Source: an uncultured Gemmatimonadales bacterium
GTDB lineage: Bacteria > Gemmatimonadota > Gemmatimonadetes > Gemmatimonadales > GWC2-71-9
Length of the DNA: 64,000 nt
Reading direction: 5' to 3'
Assembly (NCBI GenBank): GCA_963728915.1
Contig: CAVSLV010000004.1
Location: 352,001 to 416,000 of the forward strand
In this document: positions 19,177 through 29,960 of the stretch, piece after piece
Position numbering within the stretch: the stretch's first letter is position 1
Layout: each line of letters begins with the position of its first letter
Program-made: the position numbers and the translations under genes
The notes under the pieces: model-generated
Database searches by the model: none
Seen by the model: only the letters and a program-made list of their open reading frames with translations
What the model was told of the DNA's origin: nothing

Positions 19177-21773
19177 ATGAGCACCATCGCTGCCTTGAAC
19201 GCGGCGCTCGGCGAGCGCTACCAGATCGAGCGCGAGCTCGGCCAGGGCGGCATGGCCACAGTCTATCTCGCCGCCGATGTGCGGCATCAGCGCAAGGTCG
19301 CCATCAAGGTCCTGCGCCCCGAACTCGCCGCGGTGATCGGTGCCGAGCGTTTCGTTCGCGAGATCCAGACCATCGCGACCCTGCAACATCCCCATATCCT
19401 CGGGTTGATCGACAGCGGCGAAGTCCAGGGCACCGCCTACTACGTGATGCCCTTCGTCGAGGGGGAAAGTCTGCGGGACCGGCTGACCCGGGAGAAGCAG
19501 CTCCCGGTGGACGACGTCGTGCGGATCGGTACCGAGGTGGCCGGGGCCCTCGACTACGCCCACCGGCACGGGGTGATTCACCGGGACATCAAACCCGAAA
19601 ACATCCTGCTCCATGACGGCTCGGCCCTCGTGGCCGACTTCGGGATCGCGCTCGCGGTGAGCAGCGCCGGCACCCGGATGACCGAAACCGGGATGTCGCT
19701 CGGCACGCCGCATTACATGAGTCCCGAGCAGGCCATGGGCGAGCGCGAGTTGGGACCGCGGTCGGATGTGTACGCGCCTGGGATGCGTGTTATACGAGAT
19801 GCTGCTCGGGGAGCCGCCGTTTACCGGTCCCACCGCGCAGGCGATCATCGCCCGGGTGGTGACCGACGCGCCGAGGCCGATCAGCGTGCAGCGAAAGTCG
19901 GTTCCCCCAGAGGTCGAAGGCGCGGTGCTCAAGGCGCTGGAGAAGCTCCCCGCCGACCGGTTCGGCACCGCCCGGGAGCTTGCCGATGCGCTGAGCGGCA
20001 AAGCGACACTCACGAAACCGGTACGGTCGGAATCGCGGGCGCGTGGCTCCTGGAGCCCAGGCAGGATGATCGCCGTGGCGGTAGCCGCGGGTGCGGCGGC
20101 GGGGCTCCTGGCCTACCAGATCGCCGGGCGCTCCGGAGGGGAACCGGTCAATTCAATGGACCGGCGGATTGCTTGGTGGCCCCGAGACCGCGTTCGGGGT
20201 CCGGGTTTCTCCCGATGGTGAGACAGTTGCCTTTCAGGCGATGATCGACGGTCAGACCCAGGTTGCCGTGCTCAAGCCAGGTTCGGGCGACTGGTCGGTG
20301 CTCACCCGCGATCGCGACCACGGGATCGCCCAGGAGCTCGCATGGGCCAGGGATGGAAGCAGGATCTTCTTCGCCCGCTTCTTCGAAGTGCCCCGAGGAA
20401 TCTGGAGCATCTCTCCCCTGGGCGGCGAGGAGCGATTGGTGCTCGAGAATGCGGGCAATCCGGAGCCGCTTCCGGATGGGAGCCTGCTGGTGAGCCGGTT
20501 GAACTCCGCCCGCCGCCTCCAACTGTACCGGTACTGGCCGGACCGGAACCAGCTCGACACTCTCGACGCCACCAGCTCTTTCTCCTGGCAGGGCGCCGAG
20601 TTTCGGGCCTTCCCGGATGGGAAGCGGGTCGTGTACCTGGGCCGCCCCGCCAGGGATACGAGCGGCGGGGAACAGGTGCGCGTGCTGGACCTCACCACCG
20701 GCCGTTCGCGGGTGGTGCTCACGGACAGCAGTTACGCAGTGGGGTTCCGTGGATTCTCCATCTCACCCAACGGCAGGTGGATAATATCCTCCCGAAATGC
20801 GGGGAGCCTGACGGAATACTTTGCGATCGCCGCGGACGGGTCCGGGCGGGAGCGATCGCTCTTCAGTGCCACCGGGTATACCCAGTGGGGACCCGATGTC
20901 GGCCCCGATGGAAGCCTCTACTTCGATCAGGGGCAGAGGGTTCTCGAGATTCATCGCTACAAGCCCCCGGCGGGCGCACTCGAGCGAACCGCCGTCGGAA
21001 CCTACATCCCGGGAGGGTTCGCGCTCGCCCTTCCCGACGGCCGGGTCCTCGCGGTGGCGGGTTCCGGAGGCAAGTACCGGATCATGGTGGTTGCGGGGGC
21101 GGGGACGGGCCGGCCATTCGTCGCGACCGACGAAGCCAACGGGAGCTCCAGGCGATGGTGGGATCAGACCACGTCGTGTTCAAGATTCTCCAGGGGAGCC
21201 GGCCCGTCGAAATCGCGGTGGCCTCGGTCCAGACCGGCCGAGTGGTGAATCGATTCCCGATTGCCGATGCGACTACGCTCGCCGGCTCGGTGGATGGAAA
21301 GACGATCTTCTTCGGGAAAGGCGGTCAAATCTGGCGGCTGCCGGTCGCGGGCGGAACACCGGAACGGTTCACGCCCGGAGACGGGATGGCGGTGGATCCC
21401 CGCGGCAACGACCTCGTGGTCCAGCGGATCGATGAGGCGGGGGTTCACCTCCTCCGGGTCCCGCTCGATGGCGGCCCGGAACAGGAGATCCCGGTGCGAG
21501 GCGACCTGCGCCTGGCCCCTTTCCCCATGCATCCTGGCGGGGTGGGACCGGATGGCCGGATCGTGCTCCAGGTGGTCTCTCCCGCGGTCGTGGTTCTGGC
21601 CGGCGGCCATTCTCGATCCCACCACGGGAAAGCTGGAGCTCACCCCATCGGGTCGGACGTATGACATGTCTGCCCAATGGACCGCGGACGGGAGCATCGT
21701 GAGCTCGGCGTTGCCCCTGGAAGCGCGACTTTGGCGTCTTATGGCAACCGGTAATCGAAAGTGGTGGGAGTAA
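19177..21773 (+). CDS. Hanks-type Ser/Thr kinase with TM segment and C-terminal TolB/PD40-like beta-propeller; about 4 frameshifts
   Basis: LGQGGMATVY, VAIKVL, HRDIKPEN, DFG, GTPHYMSPEQ; later VSPDGETVAF, WARDGSRIFF, FPDGKRVVY, ISPNGRWII blades. Confidence 0.88.
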
Positions 21774-21848
21774 AGACTTCGGCGTGAGCCAAACCGTCGC
21801 GACCGGGCGGTCATGCCGCTAGTTTTCCGCCCTCTCCAGGGAGCCTGA

Positions 21849-23028
21849 ATGGGATTCGAAGGGGTGGATTTCTACGGCGTCGATGGGTTGTTCTCCGAGG
21901 AGGAGCGCGCCGTGCGCGACACGGTGCGCGCCTGGGTCGAGGAGAACCTGATCCCGATCATCGGGGACTGCTACATCGAAGGGCGCTTTCCGAAGGAGTT
22001 GATCCCCGGGCTCGCCGAGCTGGGCGTGTTCGGCGCGAATCTGCCGGAAGAGTATGGCTGCGCCGGGCTCAACAACGTGGCCTACGGGCTCATCATGCAG
22101 GAGCTCGAGCGGGGCGACAGCGGGATTCGCTCCTTCGCGTCGGTACAGGGCGCGCTGGTGATGTATCCGATCTACGCCTTTGGATCCGACGAGCAGAAGA
22201 AGCACTGGCTGCCACGACTGGCGTCGGGGAAAGAGATCGGATGCTTCGGGCTCACCGAACCCGACTACGGTTCGAATCCGGGCGGGATGATCACCACCGC
22301 GAAAGAAACCAGGGACGGCTGGGTCCTGAACGGCACCAAGATGTGGATCACCAACGGGAGCCAGGCCACCGTCTCGGTGATCTGGGCCAAGACCGGCCCG
22401 ATCGACGACGCCAAGTCCATTCGCGGGCTTCATCGTGCCGACTTCGACCAAGGGCTACGCCGCGAAGGACCAGAAGGGCAAGCTCTCGCTCCGCGCCAGC
22501 GACACCAGCGAGATCCACCTCGACGAGGTGCTGGTTCCCAAAGACGCCATCCTCCCGAAGAGCGGCGGGCTCAAGAGCCCGCTTTCCTGCCTGACCCAGG
22601 CCCGGTACGGCATCGCCTGGGGAGCGATCGGCGCCGCGATGGCGTGTTATGACGAGGCGCTCCGGTACGCGAAAGAGCGGGTAATGTTCGGGAAGCCGAT
22701 CGGCGCGACCCAGATCCAGCAGGTCCGGCTCGCCGAGATGCTGACCGAAATCACCAAGGCCCAGTGCCTGACCCTCCAGCTCGGCAGGCTCAAGGACGCC
22801 AGGACCATGACGCCGCAGCAGGTGTCCCTCGCCAAGCGGAACAACGTCGACATGGCCTGCGAATGCGCCCGGGAGGCCCGTCGCCTGCTCGGGGCGAATG
22901 GCATCCTCGCCGAGTACCACTCGATGCGCCACCTGGCGAATCTGGAGTCGGTGTACACTTACGAAGGGACCCACGACATGCACTCGCTGATCCTGGGTGA
23001 GGAGATCACGGGGCATGCGGCGTACTAG
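21849..23028 (+). CDS. Acyl-CoA dehydrogenase (glutaryl-CoA dehydrogenase-like), frameshift near 22420
   Basis: ELERGDSGIRS, GCFGLTEPDYGS, KMWITNG, LGANGI, YTYEGTHDMH. Confidence 0.92.
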
Positions 23029-23102
23029 AGGTCTGAGAGGCTGAATGCTCCCTCGCTTTCCGACCTCCAGACCTCCGGTCCAGACCTCCAGACCTCCAGA
23101 CC
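23028..23102. repeat. Inverted octamer array GAGGTCTG / (CCAGACCT)n
   Basis: gaggtctgagaggctg ... ccgacctccagacctccggtccagacctccagacctccagacc. Confidence 0.8.
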
Positions 23103-23118
23103 ATCACGAGGTCTTCCT

Positions 23119-23872
23119 ATGCGAATAGCTGTGCTTCTCAAGCGGGTCCCCGATACCGAATCCCGCTTCGCCATCGCCGCCGATGGGAAATCCATCGACA
23201 CCGCCGGACTCAAGTTCGACATGAGCGATTTCGACGGCTATGCCCTCGAAGTCGCGCTCCGGCTCAACGAGAAGCAGGGCCCCGGCGAAACCGTGGTGAT
23301 CTCCCTGGGTCCTGAGGGCACCCAGGAGATCCTCCGCAAGGCGCTCAGCATCGGCGCCGATCGGGGGGTCCATCTGGTGTGCGACTCCATTCCCGCCGAT
23401 GGCCTCGTGATCGCCCGGGCGCTTGCGGCCGAGCCTCAAGGACCAGGGATACGATCTCATCCTGTTCGGCCGTAATGCCACCGATACCGGCGCGGCCACC
23501 GTGGGCGCAATGACCGCCACGCTCCTCGACCTCGCCTGCGTCACCGCGGTTTCCTGGCTCGAGATCGAGGGCGGCAAGGGGACCGCGCATCGCGAGCTCG
23601 AGGGGGTCACCGAGACGGTGACCTTCCCGCTCCCCGCGGTGCTCACCATCGACGAAGGCATCGCCCGGCCCCGACTCCCCTCGCTCAAGGGAATCATGGC
23701 GGCCAAGAAGAAGCCGGTCGAATCGCGCGCCGTTTCTCTCGGCGAATCGCGGGTCCGGATCGTGAAGATGGAGCTGCCCCCGGAGCGGTCGGGCGGCCGG
23801 ATCGTCGGCGAGGGGGCCGATGCCGTGCCGGAGCTGGTGCGGCTGCTGCACGACGAAGCGAAGGTGATCTGA
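23119..23872 (+). CDS. etfB: Electron transfer flavoprotein beta subunit, frameshift near 23430
   Basis: LLKRVPDT, ALSIGADRG, DLILFG, PRLPSLKGIMAAKKKP. Confidence 0.92.
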
Positions 23873-23874
23873 CC

Positions 23875-24861
23875 GTGGCCGACCTGCTGGTGGTCGGGGA
23901 AGCGCGTGGCGGGGTGCTGCGGCGGGTCTCCCTCGAAACGGTGACCGCCGCGCGCCAGGCCGTGCCCGCCGGGACGGGCCAGGTGCACGTGCTGCTCATC
24001 GGCGGGCAGGGCATCGGCAACCGGGCCCGGGAGCTCGCGGGTTATGGGGCGGACCTGGTGATCGTGGTGGAGCACCCGGGTCTCGAGCTCTACCATCCGG
24101 AAAGCGTCGCCGCGACCGTCGCGGCGCGGCTCCAGGCGGGGGGCTACCGCGCCGTGCTGTTCCCCGCCTCGGCCCAGGGGCGTGACCTCGCGCCTCGGGT
24201 TGCCGCGCTGGTCGGCGCCGGGCTCCTGGCGGATGTGGTGGAGTTCCGCATCGAAGCAGACGCGGTGGTGGCCCGGCACCCCATGTATATCGGCAAGACG
24301 GTCGCCACGCTGCGGCTGGAGGGGAGCCCTGCCCTGATCTCCCTCCGGCCCGGCGCCGTCGCGGCCGCCGAGCAGTCGGTACCGCTCAAGACCGAGACCA
24401 TGGCCCCGGCCAGGGATCCCTCCTCCGCCCGGGTCGTGGTGACCGGCCTTTCCGAGCGCGCCGCCGCGAAGCTCGACCTGGGCGAGGCGCCCATCATCGT
24501 GAGCGGCGGCCGCGGGCTCAAGGCCGCCGAGCATTTCCCCATGCTCGAGGAGCTGGCCTCCGCGCTCGGCAATGCCGCGGTCGGGGCGACCCGCGCGGTC
24601 ACCGACGATGGATGGCGCCCCGCCACCGACCAGATCGGGCAGACCGGGCGGCTGGTGAGCCCCGACCTCTACATCGCGATCGGGATCTCGGGGGCGATCC
24701 AGCATCTCGCCGGCATGCGCACCTCGCGAGTGATCGTTGCCATCAATCGGGACAAGGACGCCCCCATCATGAAGATCGCCGACTACGCCATCGTGGGCGA
24801 CTTGTTCGAAATCGTGCCCCGCCTGATCGAGGAGATCCGGAAAGTCCGCGCCACCAGGTAA
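23875..24861 (+). CDS. etfA: Electron transfer flavoprotein alpha subunit
   Basis: IVSGGRG, GATRAVTD, QIGQTG, LYIAIGISGAIQHLAGM. Confidence 0.95.
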   Translation: MADLLVVGEARGGVLRRVSLETVTAARQAVPAGTGQVHVLLIGGQGIGNRARELAGYGADLVIVVEHPGLELYHPESVAATVAARLQAGGYRAVLFPASAQGRDLAPRVAALVGAGLLADVVEFRIEADAVVARHPMYIGKTVATLRLEGSPALISLRPGAVAAAEQSVPLKTETMAPARDPSSARVVVTGLSERAAAKLDLGEAPIIVSGGRGLKAAEHFPMLEELASALGNAAVGATRAVTDDGWRPATDQIGQTGRLVSPDLYIAIGISGAIQHLAGMRTSRVIVAINRDKDAPIMKIADYAIVGDLFEIVPRLIEEIRKVRATR

Positions 24862-24877
24862 TTCAGGAGAACGCCGA

Positions 24878-26878
24878 ATGTCAGGTCCGTTGCGAATCCT
24901 TGGTTTTGGGCTGCTGGTCGCGAGCGCAGCCCAGGCGCAAGGCAACTCACCGTCCCGGCCGGGAGCCGCGCCTCCCGAGCGCACGGTTCGCCGCACCATC
25001 CCGCTCACCAACACGATTGAGCGTGCCTTCGCGGCGGGAACCCGCGACTCGACCGGAAGGCCGGGGCCCAAGTACTGGCAGCAGTGGACCGAGTACACCA
25101 TCAACGCCCGGCTCGATGTCCCGACCAACACAATCTCCGGGCGGGAGACCGTGGTCCTTCACAACAACAGCGACTCGGCCCTCCGGATCCTCGCGCTGCG
25201 GCTCGATCAGAACATCTTCAATGCCCGGGCGGCCCGGAGTGACTTCCTCCAGGAAACCATCGAAGTCACCCAGGGCATGCGGGTGACCCGACTGGCGGTG
25301 AACGGCCAGCCGGTGAACCTGAGTCCGCCACGGAGTCCCCGGGGCGGGGTCTCCACCACGGCAGGTCCGGGAGCGGTCGGACTGGATCAGACCGTCGCGG
25401 AGATTTTCCTCCAGGCGCCGATTCCGGCCCATCAGACCGTGACCCTGGAAGCCGAGTGGAGCTTCGAGGTTCCCGACGTATCACAGGGGCGGGGGATCCG
25501 CATGGGTCGGCAGGCGGATTCGCTCTACCAGGTGGCGCAGTGGTATCCCCGGGTCGCGATGTACGATGACCTTCGGGGCTGGGATACCGAGCCGTATCTG
25601 GGCCAGTCGGAGTTCTATAACAATTTCGGCCACTGGGACGTGAGTCTCGACGTGCCCGCGGGCTGGGTGGTCGGGGCGACCGGAACGCTTCAGAATCCGG
25701 AGCAGGTGCTGAGCGCCACGACGCGCGAACGGCTGGCGGGAGTGACCCGGTCGGACGAGCAGCAGACCATCGTCGGCGCTGGCGAGATGGGGGCCGGCAA
25801 ATCCACGGTCGCTGGCGATCGCCTGGTCTGGCATTTCACCGCCGACACCGCGGGCGATTTCGCGTGGGCCACCTCGAGGAGCTACGTGTGGGACGCCACC
25901 CGGGCCACGATACCGGGTCGGGGAGCCGTCCCGGTCCACATACTCTATCTCCCCGGCGACAGCGCCTTCAGGCGGGCCGGCGCGGTGGTGCGGCATGCGC
26001 TGGAGTTCTACTCGAAACTCTGGATGCCCTACGCCTTCCCGCAGATGACCATTACCGACGGTCCCGAGCTGGGCATGGAGTATCCGATGTTCATCATGTC
26101 GGGAATCGGGGCGGCGGACCATGAAACCGGCCACCAGTGGTGGCCGATGATGGTCGGGGTCAACGAGACCTGGTACGGCTGGATGGACGAGGGCTTCAAT
26201 CAATACATGAACATTCTCTCCGGAGCCGACCTCCGGGGACTTCGGACGACGCTGGACGGGTGGGGCCAGCAGTATGGCCGAACCAGCGGGGATGAGCTCG
26301 AATCGCCCATGATGTGGCCGGCGAACTACCAAGGGCCCTTCTACGGGTTCACGACGTACCTCAAGGCGCCGGAGATGCTGTCGATGCTGGGCGGCATCGT
26401 GGGCGACAGCGCGGTGCAACACGCGATGAGCGAGTACGCTCACACCTGGCGGTTCAAGCACCCATCGCCCTGGGACTACGTCTTCTTCATGGATCGAGCG
26501 CTCGGCCGGGATCTCGGCTGGTTCTGGTACTACTGGCTGTTCACGACCGACGCGGTCCGGAGCTCGATCGAAAACGTAGTGGCCGCCGGCCACCGAAGTA
26601 CGGTGACCATCCACCAGGATGGAGAGATGCCGTCTCCGGTGGTGCTCCAGGTTCAGTTTGCGCCTCAGGGGCCGGCGATCAAGCCGATGCCCAACTCCCG
26701 CATGACCGACAGCGTCACCGCGATCGTCACCTGGCCGGTCGATGTCTGGTTCGGAGGCAGGAGGAGGTTCGACGCGGTGCTCGACTTCGGAGCGCGGAAG
26801 ATCACCCGGATCGTGCTGGATCCGTTCCGGCGCTTCCCCGATCAGGACGCCCGAGACAACGCCTGGCCCCGGCCGTGA
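24878..26878 (+). CDS. Secreted M1 family metallopeptidase
   Basis: GRPGPKYWQQ, GMEYPM, HETGHQWW...WMDEGFN, YLKAP. Confidence 0.9.
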   Translation: MSGPLRILGFGLLVASAAQAQGNSPSRPGAAPPERTVRRTIPLTNTIERAFAAGTRDSTGRPGPKYWQQWTEYTINARLDVPTNTISGRETVVLHNNSDSALRILALRLDQNIFNARAARSDFLQETIEVTQGMRVTRLAVNGQPVNLSPPRSPRGGVSTTAGPGAVGLDQTVAEIFLQAPIPAHQTVTLEAEWSFEVPDVSQGRGIRMGRQADSLYQVAQWYPRVAMYDDLRGWDTEPYLGQSEFYNNFGHWDVSLDVPAGWVVGATGTLQNPEQVLSATTRERLAGVTRSDEQQTIVGAGEMGAGKSTVAGDRLVWHFTADTAGDFAWATSRSYVWDATRATIPGRGAVPVHILYLPGDSAFRRAGAVVRHALEFYSKLWMPYAFPQMTITDGPELGMEYPMFIMSGIGAADHETGHQWWPMMVGVNETWYGWMDEGFNQYMNILSGADLRGLRTTLDGWGQQYGRTSGDELESPMMWPANYQGPFYGFTTYLKAPEMLSMLGGIVGDSAVQHAMSEYAHTWRFKHPSPWDYVFFMDRALGRDLGWFWYYWLFTTDAVRSSIENVVAAGHRSTVTIHQDGEMPSPVVLQVQFAPQGPAIKPMPNSRMTDSVTAIVTWPVDVWFGGRRRFDAVLDFGARKITRIVLDPFRRFPDQDARDNAWPRP

Positions 26879-26887
26879 CCGCGATTC

Positions 26888-26924
26888 TTGCGTGGGATCC
26901 GCCGGACCGGTATCGTTTGCTGCC
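26888..26924 (+). promoter_or_regulatory. Putative promoter TTGCGT-N17-TATCGT, 8 nt before ATG 26925
   Basis: Motif and spacing read directly. Confidence 0.5.
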
Positions 26925-28313
26925 ATGAGTGGTCCAGCGTTCGTTCCCGCGGTCCCTCCCCCGGCGGCGCTCCGGCGGCCCCCCCCGCTCATACCCACCT
27001 TCCCCACTGGCTGCTCGCCTGCATCGCCGGCCCGGACCGGGGTAAGCAGCTCGCCGTCAACGGTCCCGAGATCCTGACCATCGGGCGCGCCCCGGATTCC
27101 AGTCTCCTGAGCGAGGATCCCGAGGTCTCCGAGCGGTTCGCGACGGTGCAGCTCCAGGGCGCCGCCCTTCATCTCCGGGGTCTGGGTGATACCCTCCCGT
27201 ACATCGACGGACACTCGCGCATGGAAGCGCTCCTGGTGCCGGGCCAGCAGATCCGGATGGGGAAGTCGCTCTGGCAGGTGAGCGGGCCGGGCTCCGGCTC
27301 CGGTCCCGGGGTCTTTGGCCTGGTGGGCAAACTGGGCGACCGGCTCAACCTGATCGCGGGGCTCGAGAAGCCGAGCGATTTCCGTCCCGCCGAGATGTTT
27401 TCGGAGGTGATCAAGCGGCACCCCGACGAGGAGGTCGAGGCCTACTTCACCGTGGGCACCGCCACCACGACGCCGCAGCTCCTCTCGATCGACTGCGAAC
27501 TGGCCCAGGCCCTGGATGTTCGTCCGGGTGCTGGTGATGTCCCTGATCCTCTACGTCGGATTCCTCTGGGTCTACGATCAATTCGAGAACATCCGGCTTC
27601 TGCCCGGCCTCATCATGACCGGCTCAGTGGCGGTGCCGTTCGCGCTGCTGATCTTCTTCTTCGAAGCGAACGTGCCCCGCAACATCTCCCTCTACCAGGT
27701 GATCAAGCTGGTGGCGCTGGGCGGGCTGGTGTCGATCATCATCTCGCTCTTTTTCTTCCAGTGGACCGGCCTGGACAGCTGGATGGGGGCCGCGGCGGCG
27801 GGCATCGTTGAGGAGAGCGGCAAGGCGCTGACCCTGCTCCTGGTGGTGACCCGTCCCCGCTACCGCTGGACCCTGAACGGGCTGCTCCTCGGCGCGGCGA
27901 TCGGGACCGGCTTCGCGGTGTTCGAGTCGGCGGGTTATGCGCTCGATTTCGGACTCCAGGACAACAGCATTCAAACGATCCGGGACATCATCCTGCAACG
28001 GGGCCTGCTCAGCATCCTGGGCGGACACACCTTGTGGACCGGTCTGGTGGGCGCGGCGCTCTGGCGGGTTCGCGGCAACCGGAAGTTCAGCCCCGGCATG
28101 TTCTTCGACGCCCGATTTCTCCGGGTCTTCGGGCTCTGCGTCGTGATGCACATGATCTGGAACGCGCCCTTCGACCTTCCCGCGTACCTCAAGAACATCG
28201 GCCTCGGGGTGCTGGTGTGGTTCCTGATCATCGAGATGCTGAATGCCGGGCTCAAGGAGGTGAAGGTCGCCCAGATCGAGGAGGCGACCGGACAGCACCC
28301 GGCCCCCACTTGA
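26925..28313 (+). CDS. FHA-like domain fused to PrsW-family glutamic intramembrane protease; frameshifts near 26990 and 27495
   Basis: LACIAGPDRGKQL..LTIGRAPDS..DPEVSERF (FHA-like); AGIVEESGK, GTGFAVFESAGY, GGHTLWT, HMIWN (PrsW motifs). Confidence 0.78.
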
Positions 28314-29960
28314 TGGGGACGTTCGTTCCGCTCCGTCATCAGGCTCCCCTTCCGCTCGACCGATTCATTGTTTCCGATCCTCCCGGTGAGGAGGCGCTTC
28401 CTCTCGATGTCCTGATCGTCGGGGCTGGGCCCGCCGGGCTGGCCGCGGCGATCGAGCTGGCCAACCTCTCCAGGCGGAACGACACCGAGCTGGCCCTCGG
28501 GGTGCTCGAGAAGGCCGGGGCCCTCGGTGAGCATTGCCTTTCCGGCGCCGTGGTCAACCCCGCTGCTTTTCGAGAGCTGTTTCCGAGCCTCGCTCCTTCC
28601 GAGCTTCCCTTCCGGGGCCCCGTGACCCGCGAAGAAGTCCGCCTCCTCACCCAGCGGGGCGGATTCCGGATTCCGACCCCGCCCACCATGCGCAATCATG
28701 GGAACCAGCTCGCCTCGCTCTGCGAGATCGTGCGCTGGCTGGGGGAGAAGGCTGAAGGTCTGGGTGTGGATCTCTTCACCGGGTTCCCGGCCGATTCGCT
28801 CCTGGTCGAGGGGACCCGGGTCCGCGGGGTCCGCACCACCCCCGCGGGACTGGATCGGACCGGCGCGCCCGGCGGCGAGTATCAGCCCCCGACCGATCTC
28901 ACCGCCCGGATCGTGATCCTGGCCGAGGGCACCCGCGGCGCCCTGAGCCAGGCCTGGCGGACCTGGCGTGGGGTGGCAAGCCCTAACCCGCAAATCTTTG
29001 CCCTCGGCGTGAAGGAGGTCTGGCGGGTGGCCCGCCCGCTCGACCGGGTGGTGCACACCCTGGGGTGGCCGGTGCCGCTGGACGCCTTCGGCGGAAGCTT
29101 CCTGTATCCGATGGCCGGCGACCAGGTCGCGCTCGGACTGGTCGCGGGGCTGGACGCCCGGGATCCCGGCTTCGATGTCCACGAGCTGCTTCAGCGCATG
29201 AAGCTCCACCCCGTGTTCCGGCGGGTTCTCGAGGGCGGCGAGCTGCTCGAGTGGGGCGCCAAGACCATTCCCGAAGGCGGATACTGGAGCCTGCCGGATC
29301 GCCTCTCCGGAGACGGCCTGATCACCGTGGGGGACTGCGCCGGCCTGGTGGACGTCGCGTCGCTCAAGGGCATTCACTACGCCATGCACTCGGGCCTGCT
29401 CGCGGCGCGCGCGGCGTTTCGGGCCCTCGAGACCGACGGGGTCTCCGGCGGCCCCGAAGGTCTGGGCGGCTTCGACCGGAGCATCCGGGAGAGCTACATT
29501 GTGTCTGATCTCAAGCGAACCCGGAACATGCGCCTGGTGTTCAAGCACGGCTTCCTGCGGGCCGGTCTGGAGAATGCCCTGCTCACCCTGAGCGGAGGGC
29601 GGTTTCCCGGCGGGCGGATCGCGATCCAGGAAGACGCCGCGGTGGCCCGCCACCCCGACGGCGGCTCCTCGCCGCTGGTCCCCGACGGCAAGCTCACCAT
29701 GAGCAAGCTCGACGCGGTCTTCAAGTCGGGCAACGCCACCCGGGACACGATCCCGACGCCACCTCCTTCCCGGGCCCGGGATCGACGCCGAGCTGGCGCG
29801 GTTCTACGCCCACGTGTGTCCCGCCGGAGTCTATGAGGCGACCGGTGAAGGGCTCCGCACCAACGCGCCCAACTGCGTTGACTGCAAGGCGACCGATGTC
29901 CTCGGTCCTCGCTGGACCCCGCGAGAGGGCGGCAGCGGCCCCCGCTACCGGTTGATGTGA
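28313..29960 (+). CDS. ETF-quinone oxidoreductase, frameshift near 29760
   Basis: DVLIVGAGPAG, LSGAV, ALGVKEVW, GAKTIPEGG, LKGIHYAMHSG; C-terminal CPAGVYE...NCVDCKA. Confidence 0.9.
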
